From Alphaproteobacteria bacterium (GTDB lineage Bacteria; Pseudomonadota; Alphaproteobacteria; Rhizobiales; Methyloligellaceae), in contig VGDX01000011.1 of assembly GCA_016869535.1 (NCBI GenBank), positions 23,932 through 87,931 on the forward strand: a stretch of DNA of 64,000 nt, written 5' to 3'. The notes under the pieces were generated by a model. It had not been told where the DNA came from and ran no database searches. It saw only the letters and a list, made by a program, of their open reading frames with translations. Within the stretch, counting starts at the first letter, position 1; every line of letters starts with the position of its first letter. This document shows, in pieces, positions 9,148 to 19,058 of the stretch. The translations under genes and the position numbers were made by a program.

Positions 9148-9565
9148 CCGTGTCATTCGCCTCGGCTTCAACCCAATGGCTTCCGGCGGACCCGGTCTCG
9201 CGCTTCCAGAATGGCGCGGTGGTTTTGAGATAGTCCATTAGGAAGCGGGCGGCATCGAAAGCCGCGTCGCGGTGCTCCGATGCGGTAATTACCAACACGA
9301 TATTGTCGCCGGGTTGCAACACGCCATAACGATGCACGATCAGGCATGCTTGCAAAGGCCAGCGTGACTGTGCCTCGGCCTCGATGCGCTGAAGCTCGCG
9401 CTCTGTCATGCCGGGGTAATGCTCGAGCATCATCTCGGTGACGGCGCCAGCCTGGTCGCGCACCGTGCCGGTAAAGGTGACGATGGCGCCAATATCGCTA
9501 CGACCCGCCTTGATGCGACCGATCTCGGCGGCGATGTCGAAATCATCCTGCTGCACGCGGATCAC
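9110..9565 (-). CDS. moaE: Molybdopterin synthase catalytic subunit
   Basis: GAIVTFTG.VR, LEHYPGMTE and MDYLKTTAPFWKRE. Confidence 0.95.
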   Translation of the reverse strand: MIRVQQDDFDIAAEIGRIKAGRSDIGAIVTFTGTVRDQAGAVTEMMLEHYPGMTERELQRIEAEAQSRWPLQACLIVHRYGVLQPGDNIVLVITASEHRDAAFDAARFLMDYLKTTAPFWKRETGSAGSHWVEAEANDTDAVARWKKHAAE

Positions 9566-9566
9566 G

Positions 9567-9818
9567 TCAACCTCCGGTTACCGGCGGGAAGAAAGCTATC
9601 TCGCGTGCATCCTTGATCCACGCGTCATGGCGCGCATGGCTGTGATCTATAGCGGCGCGGATCACCTCGCTTCGCTCGAACGCATGGGCGAATTCCGGCC
9701 CACGTGTCTTCAACCAGCCGATCAGATCGCCAACAGTCGTCACGCTATCCGGCAACTCGACATCTTCTGCAGCGATGCCGGTCTTCTCCTTGACCCAGGC
9801 GAAGTAAAGAAGGCGCAT
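9567..9818 (-). CDS. moaD: Molybdopterin synthase sulfur carrier
   Basis: LLYFAWVKE start and C-terminal FFPPVTGG. Confidence 0.95.
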   Translation of the reverse strand: MRLLYFAWVKEKTGIAAEDVELPDSVTTVGDLIGWLKTRGPEFAHAFERSEVIRAAIDHSHARHDAWIKDAREIAFFPPVTGG

Positions 9819-10466
9819 TTAGGCGTCTCCCTCGGTCCTCACATATCGCCAGGCGGCGCGCAAATGATCCCAACCCGTATAGAGGGTGAGGATGGCGGCG
9901 ATCCACAGAAGCGTCAGGCCGAACTGCGTGGTGTAGGGCCAGATCTTGTCGCCGGCGCTGCCGGCGAGCAAGAAGCCGATCGCCAGCATCTGCAGCACCG
10001 TCTTCCATTTGGTGAGCTTGGTAACCGGCATGCTGACGGCGAGCGTGCCGAGAAACTCGCGTAGGCCCGATACCAAAATCTCGCGACAGAGAATGATCAC
10101 ACCTGCCCACAGCGACCAGCCGGCGATCGTGCCATCGGCGGCAAGCATCATCAACGCCGCCGACACGATCAGCTTGTCGGCGACCGGATCGAGCATGCGC
10201 CCGATCTTGCTCTGCTGCTGCCAGGCGCGCGCGAGATAGCCGTCGAGGAAGTCGCTCACGCCCGCGGCGATGAAAATCCACATGGCCGCCCACCGCCCCC
10301 AATCGCCTTTAACGAAGAAACAGGCAACCAGCGCCGGGATGGCGATGATGCGGCCAAAGGTGAGCACATTCGGCAGGCTGAACAGGCGGCTGCTCGGAAC
10401 TGCGGTGGTCAAACCCTGCTTGCCCATGTCGGTGTGATCGTTCAATTCACTCACTCCGTGAGTCAC
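9819..10466 (-). CDS. pgsA: CDP-diacylglycerol--glycerol-3-phosphate 3-phosphatidyltransferase
   Basis: [18 protein letters not shown] and [10 protein letters not shown]. Follows uvrC, as is typical. Confidence 0.93.
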   Translation of the reverse strand: MTHGVSELNDHTDMGKQGLTTAVPSSRLFSLPNVLTFGRIIAIPALVACFFVKGDWGRWAAMWIFIAAGVSDFLDGYLARAWQQQSKIGRMLDPVADKLIVSAALMMLAADGTIAGWSLWAGVIILCREILVSGLREFLGTLAVSMPVTKLTKWKTVLQMLAIGFLLAGSAGDKIWPYTTQFGLTLLWIAAILTLYTGWDHLRAAWRYVRTEGDA

Positions 10467-12370
10467 CCGTGGAAATGATCATAGATGGTCTTGGCCATTT
10501 GCGCGCTGATGCCACCGACGTCTTCCAGATCGGCAATGCCGGCGCGGCTCACCGCCTTTGCCGAGCCAAAATGCTTGAGCAGAGCGCGCTTGCGCGCCGG
10601 CCCTATACCCGGCACCTCGTCAAGCGGCGAGGCCGTGATGGCCTTCTTGCGCCGGGCTCGATGCGCGCCGATGGCGAAGCGGTGCGCCTCGTCCCTCAGT
10701 CGCTGGATGCAATAGAGCACCGGGTCGCGCTGGTCCAGGAGCAATGGCTCACTGTCCTTGAGATAAATGCGCTCGCGCCCGGCATTGCGGTCCGGTCCCT
10801 TGGCGACCGCGGCAACTTTGATATCTGTCAGGCCGAGCCCCTCGAGGACTTCATAAGCAGCGGAAAGCTGGCCCGGGCCGCCGTCGATCAGCACGAGATC
10901 GGGAGCAGCCCAGCCATTCGGCTCGGACTTTGCTTTGGCGAGCTTGCCGAAGCGTCGTGTCAGCATCTCGCGCATCATGGCGTAGTCGTCGCCGGGGGCA
11001 AGCTCCTCGCTCTTCATGTTGAACTTGCGGTATTGCGCCTTGATGAAACCCTCAGGGCTGGCAACGATCATGGCGCCGACCGGATTGCTGCCCGAGATGT
11101 GACTATTGTCATAGACCTCAACCCGATCGGGCGCTTCGTCGAGATCGAACAGCTCCGCAAGCCGCGCGAAGATCGCCGCCTGCGAGGACGCGTCCGCAAG
11201 ACGCCGTGCCAGAGCTTCGCGCGCGTTAACAAGGGCATGTTCGACCAGATCGCGCCGCTCGCCGCGCGCAGGTCGGCTCACTTCGATCTTGCGTCCTGCC
11301 TTAAGCGAAAGGGCGTCCGCGAGCAGATCCCGGTCTTTGATCTCATGCGAGAGTAGTACGAGCTTGGGCGGCGGCTTGTCGTCATAGAACTGGGCGATGA
11401 ACGATTCGAGTACCTCCTCGACGGAAAGGCTCTTGTCGGCGCGGGGGAAATAGGCGCGATTGCCCCAATTGTAGCCCGTTCGGAAGAAGAACACCTGGAT
11501 ACAGGTCTGACCCGCTTCCTGGTTCGCGGCGAACACGTCCGCTTCCTTCACGGTTTGCGGATTGATGCCCTGGCGCGACTGGATGTGCGAGAGCGCGGTC
11601 AGCCGGTCGCGGAAGCTTGCCGCTCGTTCATAGTCTTGCTTGAGGCTCGCTTCATCCATCAGTCCATGTAACCGCCGCTTCACCTCGTCGCTCTCGCCGC
11701 GCAGAAATCCAAGCGCCTCGTTCACCAGAGCGCCGTAATCTTCGACCGGAATCTCGCCGGTGCAGGGCGCGCTGCATCGCTTGATCTGAAACAGAAGGCA
11801 GGGCCGCACGCGGCTTTCGTAATAGGCATCCGAGCAGGAGCGTAGCAGGAAAGCGCGTTGCAGCGTGTTGATGGTGCGGCTTACCGCGCCGGCTGAGGCG
11901 AACGGCCCGAAATAATCGCCCTTGCGGCTTTGTGCGCCACGATGCTTGAGAATCTGCGGCACGGGATGATCGCGCGCAATCAGGATGAATGGGAAGGACT
12001 TGTCGTCACGAAGCACCACGTTGAAGCGGGGCTTCAGCCGTTTGATGAGATTGGCCTCGAGCAGCAGCGCTTCGATCTCGGTCGCGGTGGTGACGAATTC
12101 CATGCTCGCGGTGTCGGCAATCATGCGCAGGATACGGGTGTTGTGCGCGACCGACCGCGCATAGCTCTGCACGCGTTTCTTGAGATGGCGTGCCTTGCCG
12201 ACATAGAGCACCTCGCCGCTGGCATCGATCATGCGATAGACACCGGGACCGGCCGGCGCGGTCTTGGCGTAGCGGGCGATTACCGGCGCACCGATCTCTT
12301 GTCCGCGCAAGGCGTTGCGCAGGCGAGAAGTGATCGAGGAAGGGGCGCTGTCCGGGTTCTCTAGCGGCAT
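10463..12370 (-). CDS. uvrC: Excinuclease ABC subunit C
   Basis: GIY-YIG region (GVYRM...LYVGKA), [13 protein letters not shown], YDNSH and C-terminal HhH motifs. Confidence 0.97.
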   Translation of the reverse strand: MPLENPDSAPSSITSRLRNALRGQEIGAPVIARYAKTAPAGPGVYRMIDASGEVLYVGKARHLKKRVQSYARSVAHNTRILRMIADTASMEFVTTATEIEALLLEANLIKRLKPRFNVVLRDDKSFPFILIARDHPVPQILKHRGAQSRKGDYFGPFASAGAVSRTINTLQRAFLLRSCSDAYYESRVRPCLLFQIKRCSAPCTGEIPVEDYGALVNEALGFLRGESDEVKRRLHGLMDEASLKQDYERAASFRDRLTALSHIQSRQGINPQTVKEADVFAANQEAGQTCIQVFFFRTGYNWGNRAYFPRADKSLSVEEVLESFIAQFYDDKPPPKLVLLSHEIKDRDLLADALSLKAGRKIEVSRPARGERRDLVEHALVNAREALARRLADASSQAAIFARLAELFDLDEAPDRVEVYDNSHISGSNPVGAMIVASPEGFIKAQYRKFNMKSEELAPGDDYAMMREMLTRRFGKLAKAKSEPNGWAAPDLVLIDGGPGQLSAAYEVLEGLGLTDIKVAAVAKGPDRNAGRERIYLKDSEPLLLDQRDPVLYCIQRLRDEAHRFAIGAHRARRKKAITASPLDEVPGIGPARKRALLKHFGSAKAVSRAGIADLEDVGGISAQMAKTIYDHFHG

Positions 12371-12462
12371 GGGAACGCGATTTTAGCGCAAGATGCCAAG
12401 CATCGCGCTCTAGCAAAGGCCAAGCCTTTCAATGTGAAGGTAAGGTCCCGGCGCGGCCCACT

Positions 12463-13206
12463 TCAAGAGCTACCGAGATGCTGGCCCGAATCAAGCGCGA
12501 TCATCTGGCCGGTGACGGACGGGGTGTCGAGCAGAAAACGGATGGCGGCAGTGACATCCTCGATGCCGACACCACGCTGAAGCAGGGTCGAGCGGCATTC
12601 CGCGGCGAAATCGGCCTCGTTCTGTTTGTTGCTCGGCAGCACCGGTCCTGGCGCGATCGCGTTGACCCTGATTCGGGGGGCAAGGGCTTGCGCCAGCGTC
12701 CGCGTCGCGATCCACAGCGCCGATTTGGCGATGGTATAGGAGTAGAATTCGGGGTCAGGGTGTAAGACCTTCTGATCGATGACATTAATCACGTTTCCTG
12801 ACGCGCTGTCAGGCAGGAGGCGCGCAAAAGCCTGGGCGAGAAACACTGGCGCGCGCAGATTGATGTCGAGATGTGCCTGCCAGCTCCTGGCATCCAGGGT
12901 GGCGGGTGAATCCCATTCGTAACAGGCGGCGTTGTTGACGAGACAGGTGACCGGGCCGAGCGTCTCGGCGCAGGCGGCGACCAGTGGTGCAAGGTTCTCC
13001 ACCTGAGCCAAATCGGCAGGAAACGATGCCGACCGGCGGCCGATTCGCTTGATTTCCGTGACGAGATCGAGGGCCTCGGTCTCGGATGCATGATAATGCA
13101 CGCCGACTCGCCAGCCCTGGCGCGCAAAATCCAGTGCTATGGCTCGTCCGAGCCTCCGTCCTGCGCCGGTCACGAGCACGGTCGCGGATTGCGCTGTCTT
13201 GGCCAT
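12463..13206 (-). CDS. SDR oxidoreductase, pteridine reductase-like
   Basis: TGAGRRLG, LVNNA, YTIAK (YxxxK) and VTGQMIALDSG. Confidence 0.88.
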   Translation of the reverse strand: MAKTAQSATVLVTGAGRRLGRAIALDFARQGWRVGVHYHASETEALDLVTEIKRIGRRSASFPADLAQVENLAPLVAACAETLGPVTCLVNNAACYEWDSPATLDARSWQAHLDINLRAPVFLAQAFARLLPDSASGNVINVIDQKVLHPDPEFYSYTIAKSALWIATRTLAQALAPRIRVNAIAPGPVLPSNKQNEADFAAECRSTLLQRGVGIEDVTAAIRFLLDTPSVTGQMIALDSGQHLGSS

Positions 13207-13622
13207 GTTCTTTGCGGGAGCGAACGAATGGGGCAGGCGTCAAGCAATTTTCCTGGCGCCATAAGGCCACTTTAGGGGAGCACCCGGGCCGGAACAAGGT
13301 TGGCGGCAGGGGCCTGACGGCATGGTTCGCAGCCGGATTGCTGAATAACCGCCCTCACTTTAGGCAGTTGCATGCCCTCTGGGCAGTTTGGACGGCGCCA
13401 ATAGGCAATGAGCCCAATGTGGCATCAAATCCCGTTGACCATTGCATAATAGTCACACGGACCAAGTTGTTTTCGGAAAACCGGGCTTTTCCGTTGCTTC
13501 GGCATGGGCCGGTATTATTGTCATGTTCACGGGAGCGTTGCGCCGTGGGCACAATACGGAGCACGTCATCCAATGGGAAGTTTGGGTCGCGGGGACAAGC
13601 GACAAAATCAGGAGACGGGACA

Positions 13623-14399
13623 ATGACTCAGCACAGGGAAGTGGGGATCATCAAATCGTTGGTTCTGGGTGCGGCGTTTGCCGCCGCGTTGGCTTTACCC
13701 GCGTTCGCTCAGGACAACCCGGGCGACTTGTCATTGGCCCCGGTCGCTGAGAGCAAGAAACTAACGTTTTCGGGGACGGCCGTCATAACCACCGACTACA
13801 TCTTCCGCGGCGTTTCCAACTCGGATGAGAATCCGGCAGCGCAGGTTTCGTTCGACGCTGCCTATGGCATGTTCTATGCCGGCATCTGGGGATCCAATAC
13901 CGACTTCGGGGACGGCATCGAGCTCGATTACTACGCAGGCTTCAAGCCCACCTTCGGGAATTTCAGCATCGATATCGGCGGCCTCTACTACACCTTCCCG
14001 GGCTTCAACTCGATCGACTATTTCGAGTTGAAGACAGGGTTGGGCTGGGCGAGCGGCAACTGGAGCCTTGGCGTCGTGAACTATTGGTCACCGGACAATT
14101 TCGGTCTGGGCGTCGATTCGAATGCGACCGAAGGAGGCGTGGGCTACTCGTTTAACGGCAAGCTCTTCAACTTCTTCTCGCCAAGCGTCAGCGCCTTGAT
14201 CGGATATCAGGCCTACGAGGCCGTCGTCCCCGACTACACTTATTGGAACGCTGGCCTGACGCTCGGTTTCATGGAGATCTGGTCGGCTGATATCCGCTAT
14301 TGGGATACAAACTATAGCGACGCGGACTGCGTCATTAACAGTGGCGGGGTCAGCAACTGCGATGCACGCGTCGTCGGAACCGTCAAGGCAAGCTTCTAA
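13623..14399 (+). CDS. TorF-family putative outer-membrane porin (TIGR02001-like)
   Basis: Signal peptide ending PAFA, TTDYIFRGVS, ELDYYAG and C-terminal KASF. The ORF-track extension from 13086 is not part of the gene. Confidence 0.85.
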   Translation: MTQHREVGIIKSLVLGAAFAAALALPAFAQDNPGDLSLAPVAESKKLTFSGTAVITTDYIFRGVSNSDENPAAQVSFDAAYGMFYAGIWGSNTDFGDGIELDYYAGFKPTFGNFSIDIGGLYYTFPGFNSIDYFELKTGLGWASGNWSLGVVNYWSPDNFGLGVDSNATEGGVGYSFNGKLFNFFSPSVSALIGYQAYEAVVPDYTYWNAGLTLGFMEIWSADIRYWDTNYSDADCVINSGGVSNCDARVVGTVKASF

Positions 14400-14433
14400 G
14401 CTTCAGAACTTCCCCAAAAAGCACTTCCCACCT

Positions 14434-14465
14434 AAAGGGGCGCCAAATCGGCGCCCCTTTTTTCG
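14434..14465 (+). terminator. Intrinsic terminator, possibly bidirectional
   Basis: AAAGGGGCGCC-AAATC-GGCGCCCCTTT followed by more Ts. Confidence 0.85.
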
Positions 14466-14491
14466 TTCTGCCGTTACGGCATAGTCCGGTC

Positions 14492-15169
14492 ATGACCAAG
14501 AACGTGCAAGAGATGCCGGCGCCAGGCGCTACGGCAGTGGCGCGGGCGCATGCTGTTTATACGCCCCTCAATCTTTACTTTTACGATCTGCTCGTTCACG
14601 GTCTCTCCAATCATCTCGCTTGGCGCTGTCCGACGCGGAGGTTGTCAGCGCTGTACGAAGCCAATCTTTCCGGCAATCATCTCGAAGCCGGCGTCGGCAC
14701 GGGTTTCTTCCTTGACCATACGGGCGAGGGGAGAATCGGTCGCCTCGTCCTGCTCGACATCAACCGTCATTGTCTCGATTGCGCCGCGCGGCGGCTGGCC
14801 CGTTTCAATCCGACACTCGTCCAGGCGAATCTCCTGGCGCCGATCGCGACGTCGCTAGCGCCGTTCGACTCGGTCAGTCTCACCTACGTGTTGCATTGTC
14901 TGCCGGGACGCATGCACGAGAAGCTTGCCACGCTCGATTATTTGCGTCCGCTCATGAACGAGAAGGCCGTGCTGTACGGCGCCACCATCCTTGGACGTGG
15001 CATCACGCCCAATCTCGCTGCGCGGCGGCTGCTCGCGCTCTATAACGCCAAAGGCGTATTCAACAATTATGAGGACGATCTCGAGTCCCTGACCGCCGGC
15101 TTGCGGCAGCGCTTCGGGCATGTCGCTATCGAGACGCAAGGCTGCGTCGCCTTGTTCCGCGCGTCATGA
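14492..15169 (+). CDS. Class I SAM-dependent methyltransferase
   Basis: Motif I HLEAGVGTGFF, LLDIN and SVSLTYVLHCLPG. Confidence 0.85.
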   Translation: MTKNVQEMPAPGATAVARAHAVYTPLNLYFYDLLVHGLSNHLAWRCPTRRLSALYEANLSGNHLEAGVGTGFFLDHTGEGRIGRLVLLDINRHCLDCAARRLARFNPTLVQANLLAPIATSLAPFDSVSLTYVLHCLPGRMHEKLATLDYLRPLMNEKAVLYGATILGRGITPNLAARRLLALYNAKGVFNNYEDDLESLTAGLRQRFGHVAIETQGCVALFRAS

Positions 15170-15218
15170 AAGACCGGGCAGGTGTGCTCCTGTCTAGGCT
15201 TGGGCCACATAAAGGCCA

Positions 15219-15234
15219 TTAACCCGCCGTTTAC
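15219..15234 (+). promoter_or_regulatory. CtrA-like binding site upstream of the Omp25-like gene
   Basis: TTAA-CCCGCCG-TTTAC, one mismatch to TTAA-N7-TTAAC. Confidence 0.5.
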
Positions 15235-15323
15235 CATGCGAAGTTTCGCCGTCCTTCGCTGTTAACCCACGGTAAGGGTCGAGCGGTACCTTCGGCTACG
15301 GATCCAATCGTGAGGATTTGAGT

Positions 15324-15992
15324 ATGCGTAGGCGAGTGCTCCAGGCCGCGATTCTTGCCATCTCGATTGCTGGTGTCGCATCCCCGGCGCTGAGCGCCGA
15401 TGCCTATGAAAATCTTTATGATGTCGGCCCACTCACGCCGCAGAATGTCTTCGAGGGCTGGTATCTCGGCGGCACGCTCGGCGGCGCCACGGTGAACTAC
15501 GATTTCTCGCCGGCCACAGGCGATGTGCATACTAGCGGATTTCTTGGCGGCGTGATCGGTGGCTGGAGCTATCAGAGCGGACCTTTCGTCATCGGCATCG
15601 AAGGCGACATCCTCGCGGCCGATATCGACGGCGGCCGCAATTTCAATAACGGCTTGAATAGAGTGACCGCGAGCATCGACACCATGGCTGACCTGCGCTT
15701 GCGCGCCGGCTTCACCGTTACGCAGCGTGTACTCCTCTACGGAACATTTGGTGGCGCCTGGGCGAATGCCGATCTGAACGTCACCGGGCCGGGTGGTGGC
15801 GTGCGCGAGCGAGATTTCTTCGGCTGGAGTTACGGCGCCGGCGCCGAGGTGTCGCTCAGCACGGATTGGGCCGCGCGTTTCGATTATCAATTCACCGATT
15901 TCGAGTCCGAAACGGTGAGATTTCCTGGCGGACAGACGACCTTCGATCCCGACGCCAACACGTTCCGTGGCTCGCTTATCTATCGCTTCTAA
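15324..15992 (+). CDS. Omp25/RopB-like 8-stranded outer-membrane beta-barrel protein
   Basis: Signal peptide, FEGWYLG, GIEGDI, LRLRAGF, GAGAEV and C-terminal YRF. Confidence 0.87.
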   Translation: MRRRVLQAAILAISIAGVASPALSADAYENLYDVGPLTPQNVFEGWYLGGTLGGATVNYDFSPATGDVHTSGFLGGVIGGWSYQSGPFVIGIEGDILAADIDGGRNFNNGLNRVTASIDTMADLRLRAGFTVTQRVLLYGTFGGAWANADLNVTGPGGGVRERDFFGWSYGAGAEVSLSTDWAARFDYQFTDFESETVRFPGGQTTFDPDANTFRGSLIYRF

Positions 15993-16696
15993 CGGGTGAC
16001 AACCGGTGGGCCGACCGGAGGAACGGTGATGCGGCTTGCCCGGCAAAGCCGGGACTGCTCCTCGTTGATGCCGCAATCACGCGGAAACAAATCGCGGCCG
16101 AAGCAGATCCTCAAGTCGAGAAATTTTCCGTCACGGCACTTCACGGCTAACATCTCGGGCTTGAGCCATGCATTAGCCTCGATGAAGGCGCGTTCGATCT
16201 CCTCGGGGGAAAGCGTGTCCACCGTGTCTGCCGCCGTGAACAGCGGTGGCACTCTCACCTGCTGGTAGAGCTCGCGCGCCACGGCGAAATATTCGTCCGG
16301 CTCGAGGCCGGAGCAAGTCCCATGCGCGCGGTACTCATGAATCATCAGCCCCTTGCTCGGCATGATATCGGCCATGTCGTCGATGACGCGCTGCGGAACC
16401 CAATTGCGCTTGCCTGTAGGACAATTCAGCGGCCAGCCCTCTTTGTGTTGAGGCCACAGGCCATGCAAGGTGAAGTCACGCGGCTTGGTTGTGCTGCATT
16501 GAGCGTCCTTGCGGTTACGTCCCTCGCCCTGGCAGTAGGACGGCGCCCAAGTCATCACCAGCACGTAGTAATCGAACTCGCCCGGCTGATCGCCTTCGGC
16601 CGCGCTCGTCAGGCTGGCAATCAGCATGGCAACAAACGCGAGTGCGCATGCAACCAACAAGCGCCGGCTGCTGCCTATGGCGTGCCGGTCGAGCAA
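15989..16696 (-). CDS. Ribonuclease T2 (RNase I-like), secreted; start uncertain, TTG assumed
   Basis: CAS I FTLHGLWP and CAS II IHEYRAHGTC, paired cysteines, hydrophobic signal LLVACALAFVAML. Confidence 0.85.
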   Translation of the reverse strand: MLDRHAIGSSRRLLVACALAFVAMLIASLTSAAEGDQPGEFDYYVLVMTWAPSYCQGEGRNRKDAQCSTTKPRDFTLHGLWPQHKEGWPLNCPTGKRNWVPQRVIDDMADIMPSKGLMIHEYRAHGTCSGLEPDEYFAVARELYQQVRVPPLFTAADTVDTLSPEEIERAFIEANAWLKPEMLAVKCRDGKFLDLRICFGRDLFPRDCGINEEQSRLCRASRITVPPVGPPVVTR

Positions 16697-16715
16697 GATG
16701 TGTTGGAGAGGAGGA

Positions 16716-16931
16716 TTATTCGCCGAGTTGCACGTTGATGGCTTGCGGACCTTTGCCACGGCGATCCGGCTCAGTTTCGAATGAAACTCGCGCGCCCTCA
16801 TCAAGCGCCGGGAGTCCTGAGCGTTGCAACGCAGAGATATGCAGGAATACATCCTTGCCGCCATCATCCGGCGTGATGAAACCGAAGCCCCGCGAGTGAT
16901 TGAAGAACTTGACCGTCCCAGTTTGACGCAT
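16716..16931 (-). CDS. Cold-shock protein
   Basis: GTVKFFN, RNP1 RGFGFI and RNP2 VFLH. GGAAAGGAG SD. Confidence 0.95.
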   Translation of the reverse strand: MRQTGTVKFFNHSRGFGFITPDDGGKDVFLHISALQRSGLPALDEGARVSFETEPDRRGKGPQAINVQLGE

Positions 16932-17159
16932 GGGAAGCTCCTTTCCCCCTTCCAAATGATCCGCGTTTCGATGCGCGGATCGTCAGGCAAGTCTAGAAAA
17001 CGGGAAAAGAAACCACGGCGCTTCCCAAGCAGCGCGCGCAGCCAGTCTCCACCCGGGTTCGCAGTCTGCCTACAAAACGCCTCACTCTAGAAGCGTGAGC
17101 CCGCCATGCGCAAGGCCCATCTCCCGGCGTGGAATCCCGGATTAAAGAAAAGCAAAGGG

Positions 17160-17447
17160 TTAGTTCATGTAGGGAGCGTGAGTGGGGGTCGAGTTGAGCG
17201 ATTCAGGCGGGTAGTCGAAATGCGGCCCGAAATCCTTCGGCGCAGGCGGCATCTTGGCCGGCCCCCAAATGTCGCGCAGTCGTAGCGAGTAGCCGCCACG
17301 TTTGGGAATGACATAAGTGTAGTTGAGTTGGCTCGCGTCGGGAGTGGGAGCATCGCGCTGCCGCTGCGCCTCGGCAGGTAGCGACAGCAGCACCAGAATC
17401 CCGCCGAACAGGATCGCGATGGCCTGACGGAACACCGGAGAGGACAT
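17160..17447 (-). CDS. Small secreted hypothetical protein
   Basis: Signal peptide ending AEA, Pro/Tyr-rich mature part, GGGAG upstream. Confidence 0.6.
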   Translation of the reverse strand: MSSPVFRQAIAILFGGILVLLSLPAEAQRQRDAPTPDASQLNYTYVIPKRGGYSLRLRDIWGPAKMPPAPKDFGPHFDYPPESLNSTPTHAPYMN

Positions 17448-17664
17448 GTGGGCTGCTGACTCCCTGTTTTGTGGGCGGTTATCCGCCCCGGTCCACTTTA
17501 TCGAATCACGGTAGCGATTATGTCACAGATCTCAACCGATCTTGTCTCTGCCCCGATAATGCTATGTTTGTGCCGATCTGACTAGGACTTCCGGGCCACA
17601 CTTGTGTTTCTTCTTGGTGAGAGCTTCGTCGAGATTTTATCGCCAAAATTGTCTCGCTTAGACA

Positions 17665-17702
17665 TAAAAAGGCCGGCCGCGGACCGCGACCGGCTGTTTT
17701 TA
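17665..17702 (-). terminator. Intrinsic terminator downstream of rlpA
   Basis: On the minus strand: GCCGGTCGCGG / CCGCGGCCGGC hairpin followed by a T run. Confidence 0.7.
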
Positions 17703-17743
17703 TCGAGAATTCGCGGGCTGTCCGCAATCAGGCGCGGGCGCCT

Positions 17744-18460
17744 CTACCAGCACGCTTGGCGGCCTGTTTCATGAAGCGGTGTCCCGCCGAGAATAGCATA
17801 GGGGTTGTAGTGGGCCCGGACGGCCGGTTTACCTACGCCGTTCTTGACCGCGACCTGCATCCGTTTCGACGTGGTGAGGCGGACATAACTTTTCTTCACC
17901 GATGCTGCCTTACGAGCAGGGATCTTCGCGGCCTGTTTGGTCTTTGCGAGAGGTTTTGCAGCCACAATCTTGGTCTTATGAGTTCCTCGTGAAGCGGTGA
18001 CTTTTGCCGGCCTTGGCTTCGTCGCTTCCACTTTTTTCTCCTGGGCGGCCGCGGTTTTGGCGGCCGCGCTGGTCTCCCGACCCAAGGCCTCAAGCGCTCC
18101 GCCGCCGGAATGGGTCACACGCACCTTGGCCACCCCTGAATTGATCATGCCGATGCTCGCCGCCGCGGCCTTGGACAGGTCGATGATGCGGCCGCCGGAG
18201 AAGGGACCCCGGTCGTTGATGCGGACCACAACGGTGCGACCGTTATTGAGATTTTCCACCAGAACCTTGGTGCCGAAAGGCAGGGACCGGTGAGCGGCGG
18301 TCAGTTCACTCGGGTTCATCATTTCACCGCTCGCCGTACGCGAATGCAGGGCATACCACGAGGCCTGGCCGACCTGGGATGCCATGGCGAGATCGAGGGG
18401 GAGTATGACAGCGGCGCCGAGAAGCCCCACCGTAATCATCTTGGCTCGCAGTTCGAACAT
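17744..18460 (-). CDS. rlpA: RlpA-family lytic transglycosylase (DPBB domain) with Lys/Ala-rich tail
   Basis: [22 protein letters not shown] and RINDRGPF...RIIDLS. Confidence 0.88.
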   Translation of the reverse strand: MFELRAKMITVGLLGAAVILPLDLAMASQVGQASWYALHSRTASGEMMNPSELTAAHRSLPFGTKVLVENLNNGRTVVVRINDRGPFSGGRIIDLSKAAAASIGMINSGVAKVRVTHSGGGALEALGRETSAAAKTAAAQEKKVEATKPRPAKVTASRGTHKTKIVAAKPLAKTKQAAKIPARKAASVKKSYVRLTTSKRMQVAVKNGVGKPAVRAHYNPYAILGGTPLHETGRQACW

Positions 18461-18824
18461 GCGTTGTAACTCCTAAATTCGATTGTGTTTTGGGAGGAAG
18501 GACCGGCGAAGAATCAAGCCGGCCGCACGCGTTGGTGCAGTGCGGTAGGCTATTGAATAACTTGGCGAAATATCGGCTCGGGAGGGGTTATAGCTTGGCC
18601 ATTTCGAGGCGTCGCCGTAAGGTCATTTGACTGAAATCAATGCCATCGACGCCGTGGAGACCTTACTGGATTCTAGAGATGAGCTGGCACAGTCCTTAGG
18701 CTTTGCGCCGGTCTGTGCCTAAACCTTTGCCAGATCGTGCCAAATCCTTGCCGTTTTCCCGGCCTATTTTTGTATGAAATATGCAACGAAAGCACTGAGG
18801 AAACACCAAGAACGGACTAACTCG

Positions 18825-19058
18825 ATGATGCAGAAGAAGAAGACGAACCAGACGCAAGAAACCCAGGGGCTCTCCCCCGGATTCTCAGGCCGTGAGCCCA
18901 TGACCGGCGCGCAAGCCACGCATCTCAAGACGCTTGCAGAAGAGTTTCACGAGCCGACTGTCTTCCAGCAAGGCTTGAGCCGGCGTGAAGCCTCGCGGCG
19001 TATCGATGCGCTGATGGAAAGGTTGCGCCTCGGCGTATTACCTCCCCATACCGATTAG
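18825..19058 (+). CDS. DUF3072-like small protein; alternative start 18774
   Basis: PMTGAQATHLKTLAEE and LSRREASRRID resemble the DUF3072 signature. Confidence 0.65.
   Translation: MMQKKKTNQTQETQGLSPGFSGREPMTGAQATHLKTLAEEFHEPTVFQQGLSRREASRRIDALMERLRLGVLPPHTD

Noticed and set aside
13086-13622. 179-aa N-terminal extension of the TorF-like ORF
   Set aside because: It overlaps the divergent SDR and looks non-coding. The signal peptide begins at ATG 13623.
16697-16990. N-terminal part of the 333-aa RNase T2 ORF treated as real protein
   Set aside because: It overlaps csp in another frame and would bury the signal peptide. Kept only as a finding to test.
18680-18760. TGGCAC/TTGC-like motifs between rlpA and the DUF3072-like gene
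   Set aside because: Spacing or the -12 element deviates from the sigma54 consensus.
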